NCBI GenBank assembly: GCA_965214825.1
Contig: OZ243981.1
Location: forward strand, 1,234,567 to 1,298,566
DNA from: an uncultured Pedosphaera sp.
Lineage (GTDB): Bacteria; Verrucomicrobiota; Verrucomicrobiia; Limisphaerales; AAA164-E04
Length of the DNA stretch: 64,000 nt
Direction: 5' to 3'
Positions 55,004-64,000 of the stretch are shown here, piece after piece. The notes below the pieces were generated by a model. The model made no database searches. It had not been told where the DNA came from and saw only the letters and a list, made by a program, of their open reading frames with translations. Position 1 is the stretch's first letter, and every line of letters begins with the position of its first letter. The position numbers and the translations under genes were made by a program.

Positions 55004-57973
55004 TCAGAGAGATTCAAAGATGCGTTCAGGCTGGTCAATATAAAAACGCCGATATTTCTCCGGCACGGCATTGCTCTTTTTATTGAACATCCAAAGCGCG
55101 ACGCGGACCGTGAATTCGCGGTATCCAAATTGGGCCAGCTCACCGTTCCCTTTTTCAAACAGGTTTTGATAACCGTCTATTTTGTGGTAGGCAGAGGTGT
55201 GCTGTGTTCCTTTGGGATCAACAAAAACAATACGATATTCATTCCCTCGACACATCCAGAAAACAAAATCGGGCAAGAAACGGCGGCATTCGTTTTTCTC
55301 GGGGTCGGAGTAGGGAATATGAATGTTGTCCCAAGATTCGTCTATCTTGCTAAACATCCAGGCATCCCATGGCACAGTATTTTTCCCAAGCCATTCTTCC
55401 AGCGCATTAAGAAAGTTGATCTCACTTGCAACCTTGATAATGTGCTGAATGTAATTTGCTTTCTCGTCTCCCAGTATCACAGGGAAATAATAGTGTTTGA
55501 GCACTTTCCTTATTTTCAGATCCATAAAAGATTTTTCGGCTCTTTCCGCCAACTTCGCATATCTCTTGCCAAACACTTCCTGCGTTATTTTTTCCTCTGC
55601 AAGTTGCCATGCTAACTCAACCATTTCCCCATTCGATGCTTTGCCTGCTTTTACCTGATCAATCTTAGTTTGCAGTTCACAGACATATTCCGAACGAACG
55701 CGAATCTCGCGGAAATGAACAATGTCTTCGTCTGCTATTTCACGAACGCCGTCTGAGACTTTTTCAATTTTCATCGTGTGGGCCAGAAGACGGTTTTGCA
55801 GAAACGGCAGCAGCGCATAGTCTTTCCCCTGTTTGATTTGTATTCCATTCTTAATCTTTTGTATTCCATTCTCAATCTTAAGTAACCCGCGCAGCGCGTT
55901 AATCTGAAACATGGCAAGCTCATCCCGAACGATATACACTGAATCAGACGTTCTTTTAAACCACGATTGCAACCTTTCCAAGGTTTCCTCGCTCATCCAG
56001 AATGGAGACGGCAAACTCGTCGGCTCTTCCCTGTATTCGGGCACTAACAGCGGCATATCTTTATTATTGATTTTAGATAACGGCGCCTTTTCAAAACCCT
56101 CCAGCCTTTCAAAGACAGCGCCCTTCTCCGCTTCCAACCCCTTCAGCACGGATTTGACGGCACTGCGATTGGTTGCAAACAGAAACAACGTTTCCGGCGG
56201 CTGCACCTTGTCGTGATAGTCTTGGATGCGCTGCTTCTCTTTGCTGTCGGCGAGGTAGGCAAAACGGCGGCGCTGATTCGGCAACGTTTCAATCCGCACG
56301 CCGCGCCCGACGGACTGCACTATAAACTTTTTGGCATCACTGCCGCCGATGTTGATGAAGTTGATCACATTGGGACGGTTGGAGTCCCAGCTTTCAAAAA
56401 ACGACCGGGAACCCATAAGGACCGTTATAGAGCTTTGTTCCAATTCGTCAAAAAACGACTTTTCCTGCAACGCGGTTGTTTCCTCAAAGCCGGCAAGAAG
56501 ATTGTTGCGCCACTTGGAAGTGTCGCCTATGCGTATCAAGGCAAACGGAGAATCTGCATTTTTCAGTTGAAACGCCAATTCCTTGTTGTCTCCACTGCGA
56601 ATAAGCTGTAACGCTCCTTTTTTACGGCTGAGAAAAACCGCCTCTCGTAAATCGGCCGTTGTCATTTTCTTAATGGGAGTTTCATCGGTTTCGATAATTC
56701 CCCCGCTGTCTTCTCTAAAAAGAAGCCTCGCATTTCTCCAATCATCAATCAGTTCAGTTTTTGAGTCTCTAAAAAGCGCGGTATCAATTGCTCCCGTGGC
56801 AACTTCACGCAAGGTTTGGAAAAACGCCCACAGATCGTTTCTTTCATTTTCAACGTCAGTATTTACAGAATTGACCAAGGTCAGCATGAGTGGCAAGTGA
56901 TACAAATCTCCGATTTGCGTCCCTTCCCGTAGCTCTTTTACTCGTAACGAAACATAGCCAAATGTGATTAACGATTTCATGACAATTTTTCTTCTTTCTT
57001 CATGGCTCATTTCTTTCCCCCTGTGGCGGAAGGCATCGTATTCCTGCTCGTTCAGAAAAATGTTTTTGCCATGCCCATTGATAACAAACTCCTCCAGATT
57101 GTATTTTTTGACCGTCGTTATAATGTCTTCTTTATCCGTAAAAGTAGCGGAAAAGTTAAACAAAAACCCCTCCCGCGCCATCACCGCGTAATACGCCTGC
57201 CGCTTGGAGTCCTCTTTACCGCCCTTATGCGCCTCGTCAAGCAACACGTACCATTTTCCGCAGTTTTCATAAGTGCGGTAGTTGGTCAGCGTGTCTTTCT
57301 GTACATCGGAAATGTTATCACTGCGGTGGTAGTAAACCGTCGCCATATCGCCAATTCTCGCCTGACGGCTGCGGTGCATTTCACGCAGCGGAACCAAATC
57401 TATATAAAGCCCCGTCTGATTGAATTCCTCCACGGTACGGCGGATTTGACCTAACAGATGCTCGCTGGGCGCAAGGATGAGGATGTTATGCGGCGGAATT
57501 TCCCGATGGCGTATCAAGTGGTGCAAGTACTCTATCAGCTTGACCATCACCAGTGTCTTGCCGCTGCCGGTCGCCATCCAGAAGCACATGCGGTTGATCA
57601 GGTTATGATAGGAAATGGTATCATCAAAAGGCGTTATATAGTCCGAAAGGATACGAAATACCGGATTCTCATCGCCATTTCTTCGGCTATTCCGGCTCTC
57701 ATATTGATTTACATTGGCAATTCCGTGGGTGTCATACAGGTCGAAGAAATACCGTTTACGTTCGTTGTTTGTCGCCTGTGGCTCACCGATGCTCCAGTCG
57801 TGTTCCTTGCCATAATACAGAAACAGCGCCCGCGCTGCTTTTTGCAAAGCGTCGGTTTGGTAATCGTACAGCGTCTTTGTGGTGGAAAAATTACCTATAT
57901 CCGGGACACGCCAAGTTTCGGGCAGATCGCCGTAGTTCAGGGATTGAGCAATGGATTCAAGTGATAGATGCAT
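55004..57973 (-). CDS. res: Type III restriction Res-like SF2 helicase with a C-terminal PD-(D/E)xK nuclease-like domain
   Basis: Motif I 'WMATGSGKTLVM', motif II 'LLDEAHKGG', motif III 'FSATF' and motif VI 'QSVGRGVRIE'. The C-terminus has 'FLPDFVFW...YRIVFVDPKGT'. Confidence 0.8.
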   Translation of the reverse strand: MHLSLESIAQSLNYGDLPETWRVPDIGNFSTTKTLYDYQTDALQKAARALFLYYGKEHDWSIGEPQATNNERKRYFFDLYDTHGIANVNQYESRNSRRNGDENPVFRILSDYITPFDDTISYHNLINRMCFWMATGSGKTLVMVKLIEYLHHLIRHREIPPHNILILAPSEHLLGQIRRTVEEFNQTGLYIDLVPLREMHRSRQARIGDMATVYYHRSDNISDVQKDTLTNYRTYENCGKWYVLLDEAHKGGKEDSKRQAYYAVMAREGFLFNFSATFTDKEDIITTVKKYNLEEFVINGHGKNIFLNEQEYDAFRHRGKEMSHEERRKIVMKSLITFGYVSLRVKELREGTQIGDLYHLPLMLTLVNSVNTDVENERNDLWAFFQTLREVATGAIDTALFRDSKTELIDDWRNARLLFREDSGGIIETDETPIKKMTTADLREAVFLSRKKGALQLIRSGDNKELAFQLKNADSPFALIRIGDTSKWRNNLLAGFEETTALQEKSFFDELEQSSITVLMGSRSFFESWDSNRPNVINFINIGGSDAKKFIVQSVGRGVRIETLPNQRRRFAYLADSKEKQRIQDYHDKVQPPETLFLFATNRSAVKSVLKGLEAEKGAVFERLEGFEKAPLSKINNKDMPLLVPEYREEPTSLPSPFWMSEETLERLQSWFKRTSDSVYIVRDELAMFQINALRGLLKIENGIQKIKNGIQIKQGKDYALLPFLQNRLLAHTMKIEKVSDGVREIADEDIVHFREIRVRSEYVCELQTKIDQVKAGKASNGEMVELAWQLAEEKITQEVFGKRYAKLAERAEKSFMDLKIRKVLKHYYFPVILGDEKANYIQHIIKVASEINFLNALEEWLGKNTVPWDAWMFSKIDESWDNIHIPYSDPEKNECRRFLPDFVFWMCRGNEYRIVFVDPKGTQHTSAYHKIDGYQNLFEKGNGELAQFGYREFTVRVALWMFNKKSNAVPEKYRRFYIDQPERIFESL

Positions 57974-57988
57974 GGATTAGCTATAGAC

Positions 57989-58489
57989 TCAATGGTTATT
58001 TCTTATGGTAATAGCTTCCTCTACAGCGCCGGCTAAATTCTTCTTAATCCAATCGTACCGCTCCTGACTGTTGTGGCCAGCAGGATCATAACATTTGACG
58101 ACCGACAAGAGTTTCTCACCGAAATTTCCACAAGAAATATCGAAAGGGTTTTTACCCTTAGAAGAAATACTTTCATACTGGTCTTTTAGTCCGTGTATGT
58201 ATATTCCGACCACGCCCATACCTTCATTTCGTGACTTTCTTATTTCATAATTGATCCATTTTCTATTTGCTGTATTGCTGCCAACGAGGACGACGGTGCA
58301 TGACCTGTACTTCATTTGGTTATCTATCCATTTTTTAATCGCAGTATCACCACCTTTTTTAACTGCTTCCCATTCGTTATCAGTTGCTGGCCTATTACCT
58401 TCAACAACACCCATGTTGCGTACTTGCGAGACTCGCCAACTATCTTGATCGTAGTGAAAACTGTAAAAGACTCGTCTTTTTGTCGCCAT
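57989..58489 (-). CDS. ThsB-like TIR-domain protein (DUF1863 type)
   Basis: 'RRVFYSFHYDQDSWRVSQVRN', 'TVVLVGSNTANRKWINYEIRKS' and 'GIYIHGLKD...SKGKNPFD' closely follow the Thoeris ThsB pattern as I recall it. Confidence 0.75.
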   Translation of the reverse strand: MATKRRVFYSFHYDQDSWRVSQVRNMGVVEGNRPATDNEWEAVKKGGDTAIKKWIDNQMKYRSCTVVLVGSNTANRKWINYEIRKSRNEGMGVVGIYIHGLKDQYESISSKGKNPFDISCGNFGEKLLSVVKCYDPAGHNSQERYDWIKKNLAGAVEEAITIRNNH

Positions 58490-58543
58490 ATTCGTTTTTC
58501 TATCTCCTCATTCGTTCTGCTCTTACTTTACTTAATTGTAAAT

Positions 58544-58954
58544 TTAAGAATAACAAAAGATCCATCCCAACACAAATAAAGCCTGAATGCCATAAAATAA
58601 GAGCAATGTTACGGAAAACATGGAAGCAAACCAGTTACACTTTGGTTGGCTTTTGTGTTTCATCATATCCATTGCAAAATCCGTGGCTCCTTGCTCTCTA
58701 ATCTCATCGTAACCTTTACGAAACAATCGCTCTTGCCAAAGAAAATAAACGTCCAATACCCAAAACCCAACTACTGGAATGAGAAAAGACAATACGATAT
58801 ATTCGTTTCCGATCCCGCTTCTTGCAGAAAAGATGATTCCAGCAGCCAATATGGTTATGCTCCAACCTTTGATCAAGAAAGAGTCATGCCCCAGACGGTT
58901 AATAACCCCCTGAATCATTTCCAAGTGCTTCACGATTTGTTCTTTATTATGCAT
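58544..58954 (-). CDS. Small 3-TM membrane protein of unknown function
   Basis: 136 aa with an amphipathic N-terminus 'IVKHLEMIQGVINRLGHDSFLIKGW'. Hydrophobic segments are 'SITILAAGIIFSA', 'YIVLSFLIPVVGFWVLDVYFLW' and 'VTLLLFYGIQALFVLGWIF', with a ~40-aa charged loop. Confidence 0.6.
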   Translation of the reverse strand: MHNKEQIVKHLEMIQGVINRLGHDSFLIKGWSITILAAGIIFSARSGIGNEYIVLSFLIPVVGFWVLDVYFLWQERLFRKGYDEIREQGATDFAMDMMKHKSQPKCNWFASMFSVTLLLFYGIQALFVLGWIFCYS

Positions 58955-58966
58955 TGCAACACCTCT

Positions 58967-59632
58967 TTAAGCTTTCACCGTCTTTGTGATTTTGTAATCA
59001 TCTATCTTCTCTCTTATATTCTCTGCTATTTGAATATACTTTTCTTTGTCATTTATAAAATCCTGCCATGTAACCGAGTAAATATAGCTAGGATCACCTG
59101 TATAAACAGGATTCTTTGGGTGATTTCTACAATTGCTAAAGGTAGGTTCCTTTATGTTAAACATATTGTCTCGCAATATCTGAAAGAGAGTGTCGGTTTT
59201 TAGTGTTTTACAATGACAGTATGGACAGGAATCTTCCACAAGAAAGTATTGGTAAGAGGAGTTTCTGTCGGGCAGAACGACTGCTAACACTGCATTTGTT
59301 TTGCTAGTACGCCCATCCCGTGTGATTTCCTTGAAGGAATAAGAAACCTCCCATGGAATCCACTGATTGCCTTCGTTAATACTCGTGTCTTTCATATTGG
59401 GCGAAATTAAGACAATAGTGATACTGCTGTCATATATTTTGTCCTTCAGATGAGTTTTTATCGTCTCGTCTTCAAACTCTTCTAAATCTTCATCACCTTC
59501 TCCTTTATAAATCTCATCTCCCTCAAATAAATCAATTAGCTTATCAACATAATCCCTGGCTGTGCTTTCTCCATTCAATGCTTCCACATTTCTATCACTG
59601 TGCTTATAAGAAACAAATATTTTTCTAGCCAT
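58967..59632 (-). CDS. Second, divergent ThsB-like TIR-domain protein
   Basis: '[11 protein letters not shown]', '[12 protein letters not shown]', '[11 protein letters not shown]' and '[10 protein letters not shown]' (DUF1863/TIR-like pattern), with an extra Cys-containing C-terminal region 'CPYCHC'. Confidence 0.65.
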   Translation of the reverse strand: MARKIFVSYKHSDRNVEALNGESTARDYVDKLIDLFEGDEIYKGEGDEDLEEFEDETIKTHLKDKIYDSSITIVLISPNMKDTSINEGNQWIPWEVSYSFKEITRDGRTSKTNAVLAVVLPDRNSSYQYFLVEDSCPYCHCKTLKTDTLFQILRDNMFNIKEPTFSNCRNHPKNPVYTGDPSYIYSVTWQDFINDKEKYIQIAENIREKIDDYKITKTVKA

Positions 59633-59647
59633 TTTAGTATTCTGCTT

Positions 59648-62416
59648 TTACTCCCCCCACCACAGATACGATTTGATAAGTGAGATGAAGTGCCGTTTTT
59701 CTTCTTCGGTCATGGTTGCCGGGTCGGTTTTCTCGGTGGTGCCGTCGGCGAAGGTTACGCTGTCGGCGGTGCGGCGACGGATCGGTTTGCCGAGCGCATT
59801 GGACAGCGTCTCGGCAATGTCGATGTCCTGGTAGTCCCGGTAGAGGTCGTGGAGATTGATTTTCAGTTTGCCGTTTTTCAGCGGTTTGACCGCGCCCGCG
59901 AGTTTGTCGTCGCCGAAGAAAACATACTGCTCAAAGGGCGATTTTGTGCTGTCCAGCTCCAGTGAAGTGACTCGCCGTCCGCTATCATAGCGGGCTTCTT
60001 TGAGCGTCTCTTCGTACTGCTCCAGTTTGTAGTATTTGAGGCAATGGCTGACGCCTTCACGGGAGACAGGTTTGCCGTTTTTCCAGTCTTTGGAATAGAC
60101 CACTTTTTTGATGCGCGGTAGAAGAACGGTGTCGAAGTAGTCTCCCATTTCGATCATCAAGTATTTGCGATTGCCGCCGTCTTCGCGATTGAGATTGATA
60201 ACGGCGTGAGCAGTGGTGCCGGAGCCGGCGAAGTAGTCTACTGCTACTGCGTTTCTTTTGTTGCAGCCGGATGTTGTTAAACAATCTTCGACTAATGCTA
60301 CGGATTTCGGAAAATTGAATAAACTCTCTCCAAAGAGATCTTTTAGAACTTTTGCCCCGTGGTTGGATGATGCGTATTTGTTATCATCCCACCAAGTCTT
60401 GGGCATCGCACTCTCGTCCATCCGAATGCGGAAATCTATACTTATACTCCCATTCTTACCTCGGCGAATGCGATACTCGTCTGGTTCAGATTGAACGCGT
60501 TCCCATCCGCGATGCCAGTTTTTCTCGATTTCACCTCTGATGGGCCAAAGAACGACTTCATCTGAATTGGGTTTTTCCTGAACCCGATACTCGCGGTTAT
60601 CTTCACGCCACTCCAGTTCAGGAATTCGGATGGTGTCGTCCTCTTTGACATAAATTGGATAAAACATCTTCGGTGCATCTTCTCTTTTGTCATTTGAACC
60701 ATGCCGAATCAAATTGTTCCAGGCATATCTTCCCTGACTGTCCGCAAATGGATAACGCGCACGTTCCTTGTCGGTCTTTGGTAGGCTGGACGGTACAGCG
60801 TCCTTATTACCAAAGAACAAGGCGTATTCGTGAGATGGCGAAAACTGTCCCGTGGATTTTCTTCCAGCAGGATTCGTCCGCACAGGAACCACGCCCAATT
60901 TTCGGTCAAAAACTCTTTGCAATAGGTCAAATAAACGCCAAGACTCTTCATCATCAATAGCACAACAAATAATTCCTTCGCTGCCCAGAAACGCTTTTGA
61001 TATTGTTAGTCGATTTTCTACCAATGAAAGCCATGACGAATCTTTATAATCGTTTCTATACAAAATGGCTGAAGAATCGGTGTTATACGGTGGATCGATA
61101 TAAATACATTTAACCTTCCCCCTGTACCTCTCCCGCAAAGTATTCAATGCCTGCCAGTTCTCGCTGTGCACCAGTTCGCCGTCCAGCGCTTCGTCCAGAT
61201 TCCCTAACGCAGCGAGAATCTCCAATTTCATATCTTTGAAATATCCGGTGTCCAGCGGCAGAAACTTATAGTCGCCGTTTGCGCCGCCGTTGGTATCGGC
61301 CAGGTTTTGCTGCCCGGCGCCGAGCGCATCCATTGAAAATTGGTCATCCACCATGCCGAGCTCGCGCCACTCCTTGATTTGCGTCCGCGCGCCTTTGTGT
61401 TGGCGCACCTTTTGTAGCGTCTCGGCGTTCAATTTATCCAGCGTAACGACATAGTTGACATTGCGGACGAATTTCGGCTTTTCCCAGGCGCGGCGCAGCT
61501 CATCCTCGAACTGGGCTATGAAGTGGATGATGTCGTAGGCGGTTTCCTTGAGCGCCTGCAACTGTTTGATGCGCTTTTGTTCGAAGACGGTCTCTTCCTG
61601 AAACAGGTATTGGTACATCCACAGATCAAACTGCTCGCGCAGAAAGCCTTTGGCGTCCTTATTGATAAAGTAATCAACTTCCGTCTGACGGCGGAACACG
61701 CCGAGCGCTTTTTGGAGTTGGTCATCGGTCAGTGAGATGCCGCCCCGGCGGGCCTCTTTGAGGATGGCGGCGGTCTTCGTTTTCGTACCGCCGCGCGCGT
61801 AGGCGACTTTCAGATGGATTACCCGCCCTTCGGCCGTTTTTTTAACTTCGTCAAAGTCAAACACGAATTCACGCCGTTCGTTGTTCTGCTTGTGCTCCAC
61901 CTCGGAAGCGTCAAAATAGAAACGCCTTGTTTTTTGCGGTTTGCCTTCCTCGTTCAGCTCGACCGGCATGGAGCGCACTAACGCATCCGATTTGACATAA
62001 TAGAGCATCTGCGTTTTCCACGACAACGCGACGTCCTGACCGTCTGCATAGACCTGCTGATAGGTTTTGGAGAAGGCCGGCAGGTGGCGGAAGTAGATGG
62101 AGCCGCTTTCGCAGAAGTAACGCCTGAAGAAGGTGTACAGCTTGTCGAACAGCTCCTCACGGAAGGCGGTTTGCGGTTTGGCGCGTTGATCAATCGCGGC
62201 CATCAGTTGCGGCTTGATGGATTGGAAGTAGTGCTGTTTGATCCACATCAGGTTGACGAAGCCGGAGTGTTTACCGTCCACCTCGGCACCGGTGAACAGC
62301 GCTTCCAGCTCGTCCAAAAAACGCTTTTCCTTTCTGCCGCCGTTCATCTTTCCGCCTTGCGATGTGCGGCGGTTGTGTTTTGGCCTGATAGCTTGCTTGT
62401 GCGACACTGTTTGCAT
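59648..62416 (-). CDS. mod: Type III Mod-like DNA methyltransferase (beta-class N6A/N4C)
   Basis: Motif IV 'CIYIDPPYNT' precedes motif I 'VAVDYFAGSGTTAHAV'. At 922 aa it has a large N-terminal region. An alternative ATG lies at 62347. Confidence 0.8.
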   Translation of the reverse strand: MQTVSHKQAIRPKHNRRTSQGGKMNGGRKEKRFLDELEALFTGAEVDGKHSGFVNLMWIKQHYFQSIKPQLMAAIDQRAKPQTAFREELFDKLYTFFRRYFCESGSIYFRHLPAFSKTYQQVYADGQDVALSWKTQMLYYVKSDALVRSMPVELNEEGKPQKTRRFYFDASEVEHKQNNERREFVFDFDEVKKTAEGRVIHLKVAYARGGTKTKTAAILKEARRGGISLTDDQLQKALGVFRRQTEVDYFINKDAKGFLREQFDLWMYQYLFQEETVFEQKRIKQLQALKETAYDIIHFIAQFEDELRRAWEKPKFVRNVNYVVTLDKLNAETLQKVRQHKGARTQIKEWRELGMVDDQFSMDALGAGQQNLADTNGGANGDYKFLPLDTGYFKDMKLEILAALGNLDEALDGELVHSENWQALNTLRERYRGKVKCIYIDPPYNTDSSAILYRNDYKDSSWLSLVENRLTISKAFLGSEGIICCAIDDEESWRLFDLLQRVFDRKLGVVPVRTNPAGRKSTGQFSPSHEYALFFGNKDAVPSSLPKTDKERARYPFADSQGRYAWNNLIRHGSNDKREDAPKMFYPIYVKEDDTIRIPELEWREDNREYRVQEKPNSDEVVLWPIRGEIEKNWHRGWERVQSEPDEYRIRRGKNGSISIDFRIRMDESAMPKTWWDDNKYASSNHGAKVLKDLFGESLFNFPKSVALVEDCLTTSGCNKRNAVAVDYFAGSGTTAHAVINLNREDGGNRKYLMIEMGDYFDTVLLPRIKKVVYSKDWKNGKPVSREGVSHCLKYYKLEQYEETLKEARYDSGRRVTSLELDSTKSPFEQYVFFGDDKLAGAVKPLKNGKLKINLHDLYRDYQDIDIAETLSNALGKPIRRRTADSVTFADGTTEKTDPATMTEEEKRHFISLIKSYLWWGE

Positions 62417-62466
62417 GTCTGCACAGAGTATTCTAGGAGAGGGCGGGATGCCAAGTAATCTTTTTT

Positions 62467-63336
62467 TCAGGGTTTGGCGGGAAAGGTGTCGAAGTGGAAT
62501 TTTTGGAAGAGGAGTTTACCTTTTTTCGACGTGGCAAGGTAGCGAGCAAAGCGCCGGGCGGCTTCTGCTTTTTGAGTGTGGGCAGTGATGTGGGCGGCGA
62601 TGACGGCGATTCCGTCGGCGAGTTCAGGGCATTCGACAATACGAAGTCCGAATTGTTTTGCTGTGGCGTCCCATATGAAAGCGGCGCGAATGTGCTTTGA
62701 AGTTTTCACGGCGTTGGCAGCTTCTGGCACTCGCAGGAAGGCGGCTTTTTTGTTTTGCAAGACGGGTTGCCAGAGGCCGTGCTGTTTGAGGGCTGTTTTG
62801 ATTCGCCGTCCGGCGCCGGCTTGTTGGTTGCAGAGGGCGTAGGGATGGGCTTGGTCCAGCAGGTCTCGGACGGATTGAATGCGAAGAGGGGAATCCGGTT
62901 TGAGCGCCAAAACAATTCGGAACCGGGCAAGAGGAATGGATTCTTGGGTTAGCCCTTTGCTTTGAGCGCGGTTGCCGAAGAAGGGATCCGCAGGGATATA
63001 GAGGTCGCAGCGCGAAAGGCCGGTTTTTTTTTCCAGAGCGATTTTGTTTTCAAGTTCGCCGCTGGAGCCGTAGTTCAAGCGAATGACAACACCGCGTTCT
63101 TTTTGGTAGAGTCTGGCGGCGGCTTCAACCGGCTTTCTTATACCCGCCGCGCAATAGATTACCAAGCTGAATTGAGCGGCGCCAAGTTTAGCGGTCATCC
63201 GGTGCAAGAAAGTAATGAGCGCCAAGACAAGGAAAGCCGAGACCAGCGCCAAGATGATACCGTTCAAGGCAAACCGGCGGCGAAGATAGTTTTTTGCGGT
63301 CATATAAAGCGCAGCTTGCAGTCTTATTTCGGGCAA
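62467..63336 (-). CDS. ModA-like (molybdate/tungstate-type) periplasmic substrate-binding protein with an N-terminal anchor
   Basis: TM anchor 'GIILALVSAFLVLALITF', then 'LVIYCAAGIRKPVEAAARLY...LNYGSSGEL...DLYIPAD...AAFIWDATA', typical of type-II PBPs of the ModA group. Confidence 0.65.
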   Translation of the reverse strand: MPEIRLQAALYMTAKNYLRRRFALNGIILALVSAFLVLALITFLHRMTAKLGAAQFSLVIYCAAGIRKPVEAAARLYQKERGVVIRLNYGSSGELENKIALEKKTGLSRCDLYIPADPFFGNRAQSKGLTQESIPLARFRIVLALKPDSPLRIQSVRDLLDQAHPYALCNQQAGAGRRIKTALKQHGLWQPVLQNKKAAFLRVPEAANAVKTSKHIRAAFIWDATAKQFGLRIVECPELADGIAVIAAHITAHTQKAEAARRFARYLATSKKGKLLFQKFHFDTFPAKP

Positions 63337-63428
63337 TTATAGCCTCCAAAAAAGCCAGGCTGCTTGATCGGATTGAAAAGGCCAAGTTTTTTTGAAAGGA
63401 ACTTGCGTTGTCGATTTTGTTTGGTAAA

Positions 63429-63848
63429 ATGGCCGGAACGCAGCCAGAAAATATGAAGGATAAACCGCAAGCAGGCGTTTGGATCACTCATAAGCAGCAG
63501 CCGGGCGTCAAGGGTGTCTTGACGGGGCGTTCAAAGCAGATTGACCCGTTGCAGGTTGGCCCATTGATGTTGTGGGAGGTGAAGTTGGGGACGAATGAAA
63601 AGAAATTTTACCCGGCGCAACACCTTCGGATGGAGCGCGGGGAAGATGAATCGAATATGAGTTTGCGCGATCTGGTGACACAGAGGCGATTCGATCCCAT
63701 TGATTGGCTGCAGGGTGTAACGGGATCGGTTTTGGGTTCAGCTGTATGGGGGGGATTCGTGTCGGTTGTTTTATCGTTGGTCGGTTATTGGGGTTGCATC
63801 CAGTTGGCTAGTTCTTTGCGGATGTTTTCTCGAACGGCGGCATCATAG
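63429..63848 (+). CDS. Hypothetical protein
   Basis: The ORF has an ATG at 63429. Its last ~60 nt overlap the convergent partial CDS, so the 3' part is doubtful. Confidence 0.35.
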   Translation: MAGTQPENMKDKPQAGVWITHKQQPGVKGVLTGRSKQIDPLQVGPLMLWEVKLGTNEKKFYPAQHLRMERGEDESNMSLRDLVTQRRFDPIDWLQGVTGSVLGSAVWGGFVSVVLSLVGYWGCIQLASSLRMFSRTAAS

Positions 63849-64000
63849 AATTCAACGGGATTGTAGTTGTCGCGGAGCACGATGCCGCGGTTGTAGTTGG
63901 CGTCGATGATGTTTCGGTAGGTGTTTTGCACGGCAGTCCGAATCCGGGGATGAATGCGGCTGAAGTCCGGCGGGCGGTGGGCGGTGAGGGGTGTTTGGTC
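63785..64000 (-). CDS. 3' end of an unidentified gene continuing beyond the window
   Basis: An open minus-strand frame with strongly C-ending codons translates to ...DFSRIHPRIRTAVQNTYRNIIDANYNRGIVLRDNYNPVEFYDAAVRENIRKELANWMQPQ*. It is absent from the ORF track because its start lies outside the window. Confidence 0.45.
   Translation of the reverse strand, partial: DQTPLTAHRPPDFSRIHPRIRTAVQNTYRNIIDANYNRGIVLRDNYNPVEFYDAAVRENIRKELANWMQPQ

Larger units (their letters stand above)
55000..62450. mobile_element. AT-richer 7.4-kb defence island inserted between the binding-protein and permease genes of the ABC importer
   Basis: Compositional breaks (by eye) coincide with the res stop (55004) and the mod start (62416). 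The flanks belong to a single transporter operon. No integrase or flanking direct repeats were seen. Confidence 0.6.

Overview
This is a 64-kb chromosomal window from a high-GC bacterium. It looks PVC-like (Verrucomicrobiota/Planctomycetota). That is an inference from a prepilin-type '[25 protein letters not shown]' protein, DUF1080, PQQ-propeller and LRR proteins, with no database search run. Most of the window is housekeeping: ruvB, recG, mutS, clpP, mcsA-mcsB, clpC, nadB, panC, ilvE, aroE, pyrD, lptF/G-like, an MsbA-like exporter and two tRNA-Val genes. Three stretches are visibly AT-richer (judged by eye, not computed) and interrupt this backbone. (i) 15.1-18.3 kb is a decayed island abutting tRNA-Val(UAC). 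It holds a macro-domain fragment, a restriction-endonuclease-domain fragment and a 2OG-Fe(II) oxygenase gene killed only by three in-frame stops. (ii) 27.8-33.3 kb carries a phosphorothioation-type operon, dndC - small ORF - dndD - dndE-like::P-loop ATPase fusion. It has no dndA, no dndB and no recognisable restriction partner, and is bordered by a perfect (CTGCCGGA)x15 array. (iii) 55.0-62.4 kb is a tightly packed five-gene operon inserted between the binding-protein and permease genes of a ModABC-like importer. Type III-like Mod and Res genes are separated by a ThsB-like TIR / 3-TM protein / ThsB-like TIR cassette, and no ThsA-type effector is present. This third island is my top candidate for an undescribed defence system. 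The window also holds a MITE-like palindromic repeat family (at least 8 full or partial copies), including a 39-codon in-frame copy inside pyrD. Two octanucleotide tandem repeats and an unannotated 40-codon lysine-rich ORF are also present. Product calls rest on motifs read from the translations and recalled family signatures. No searches were run.
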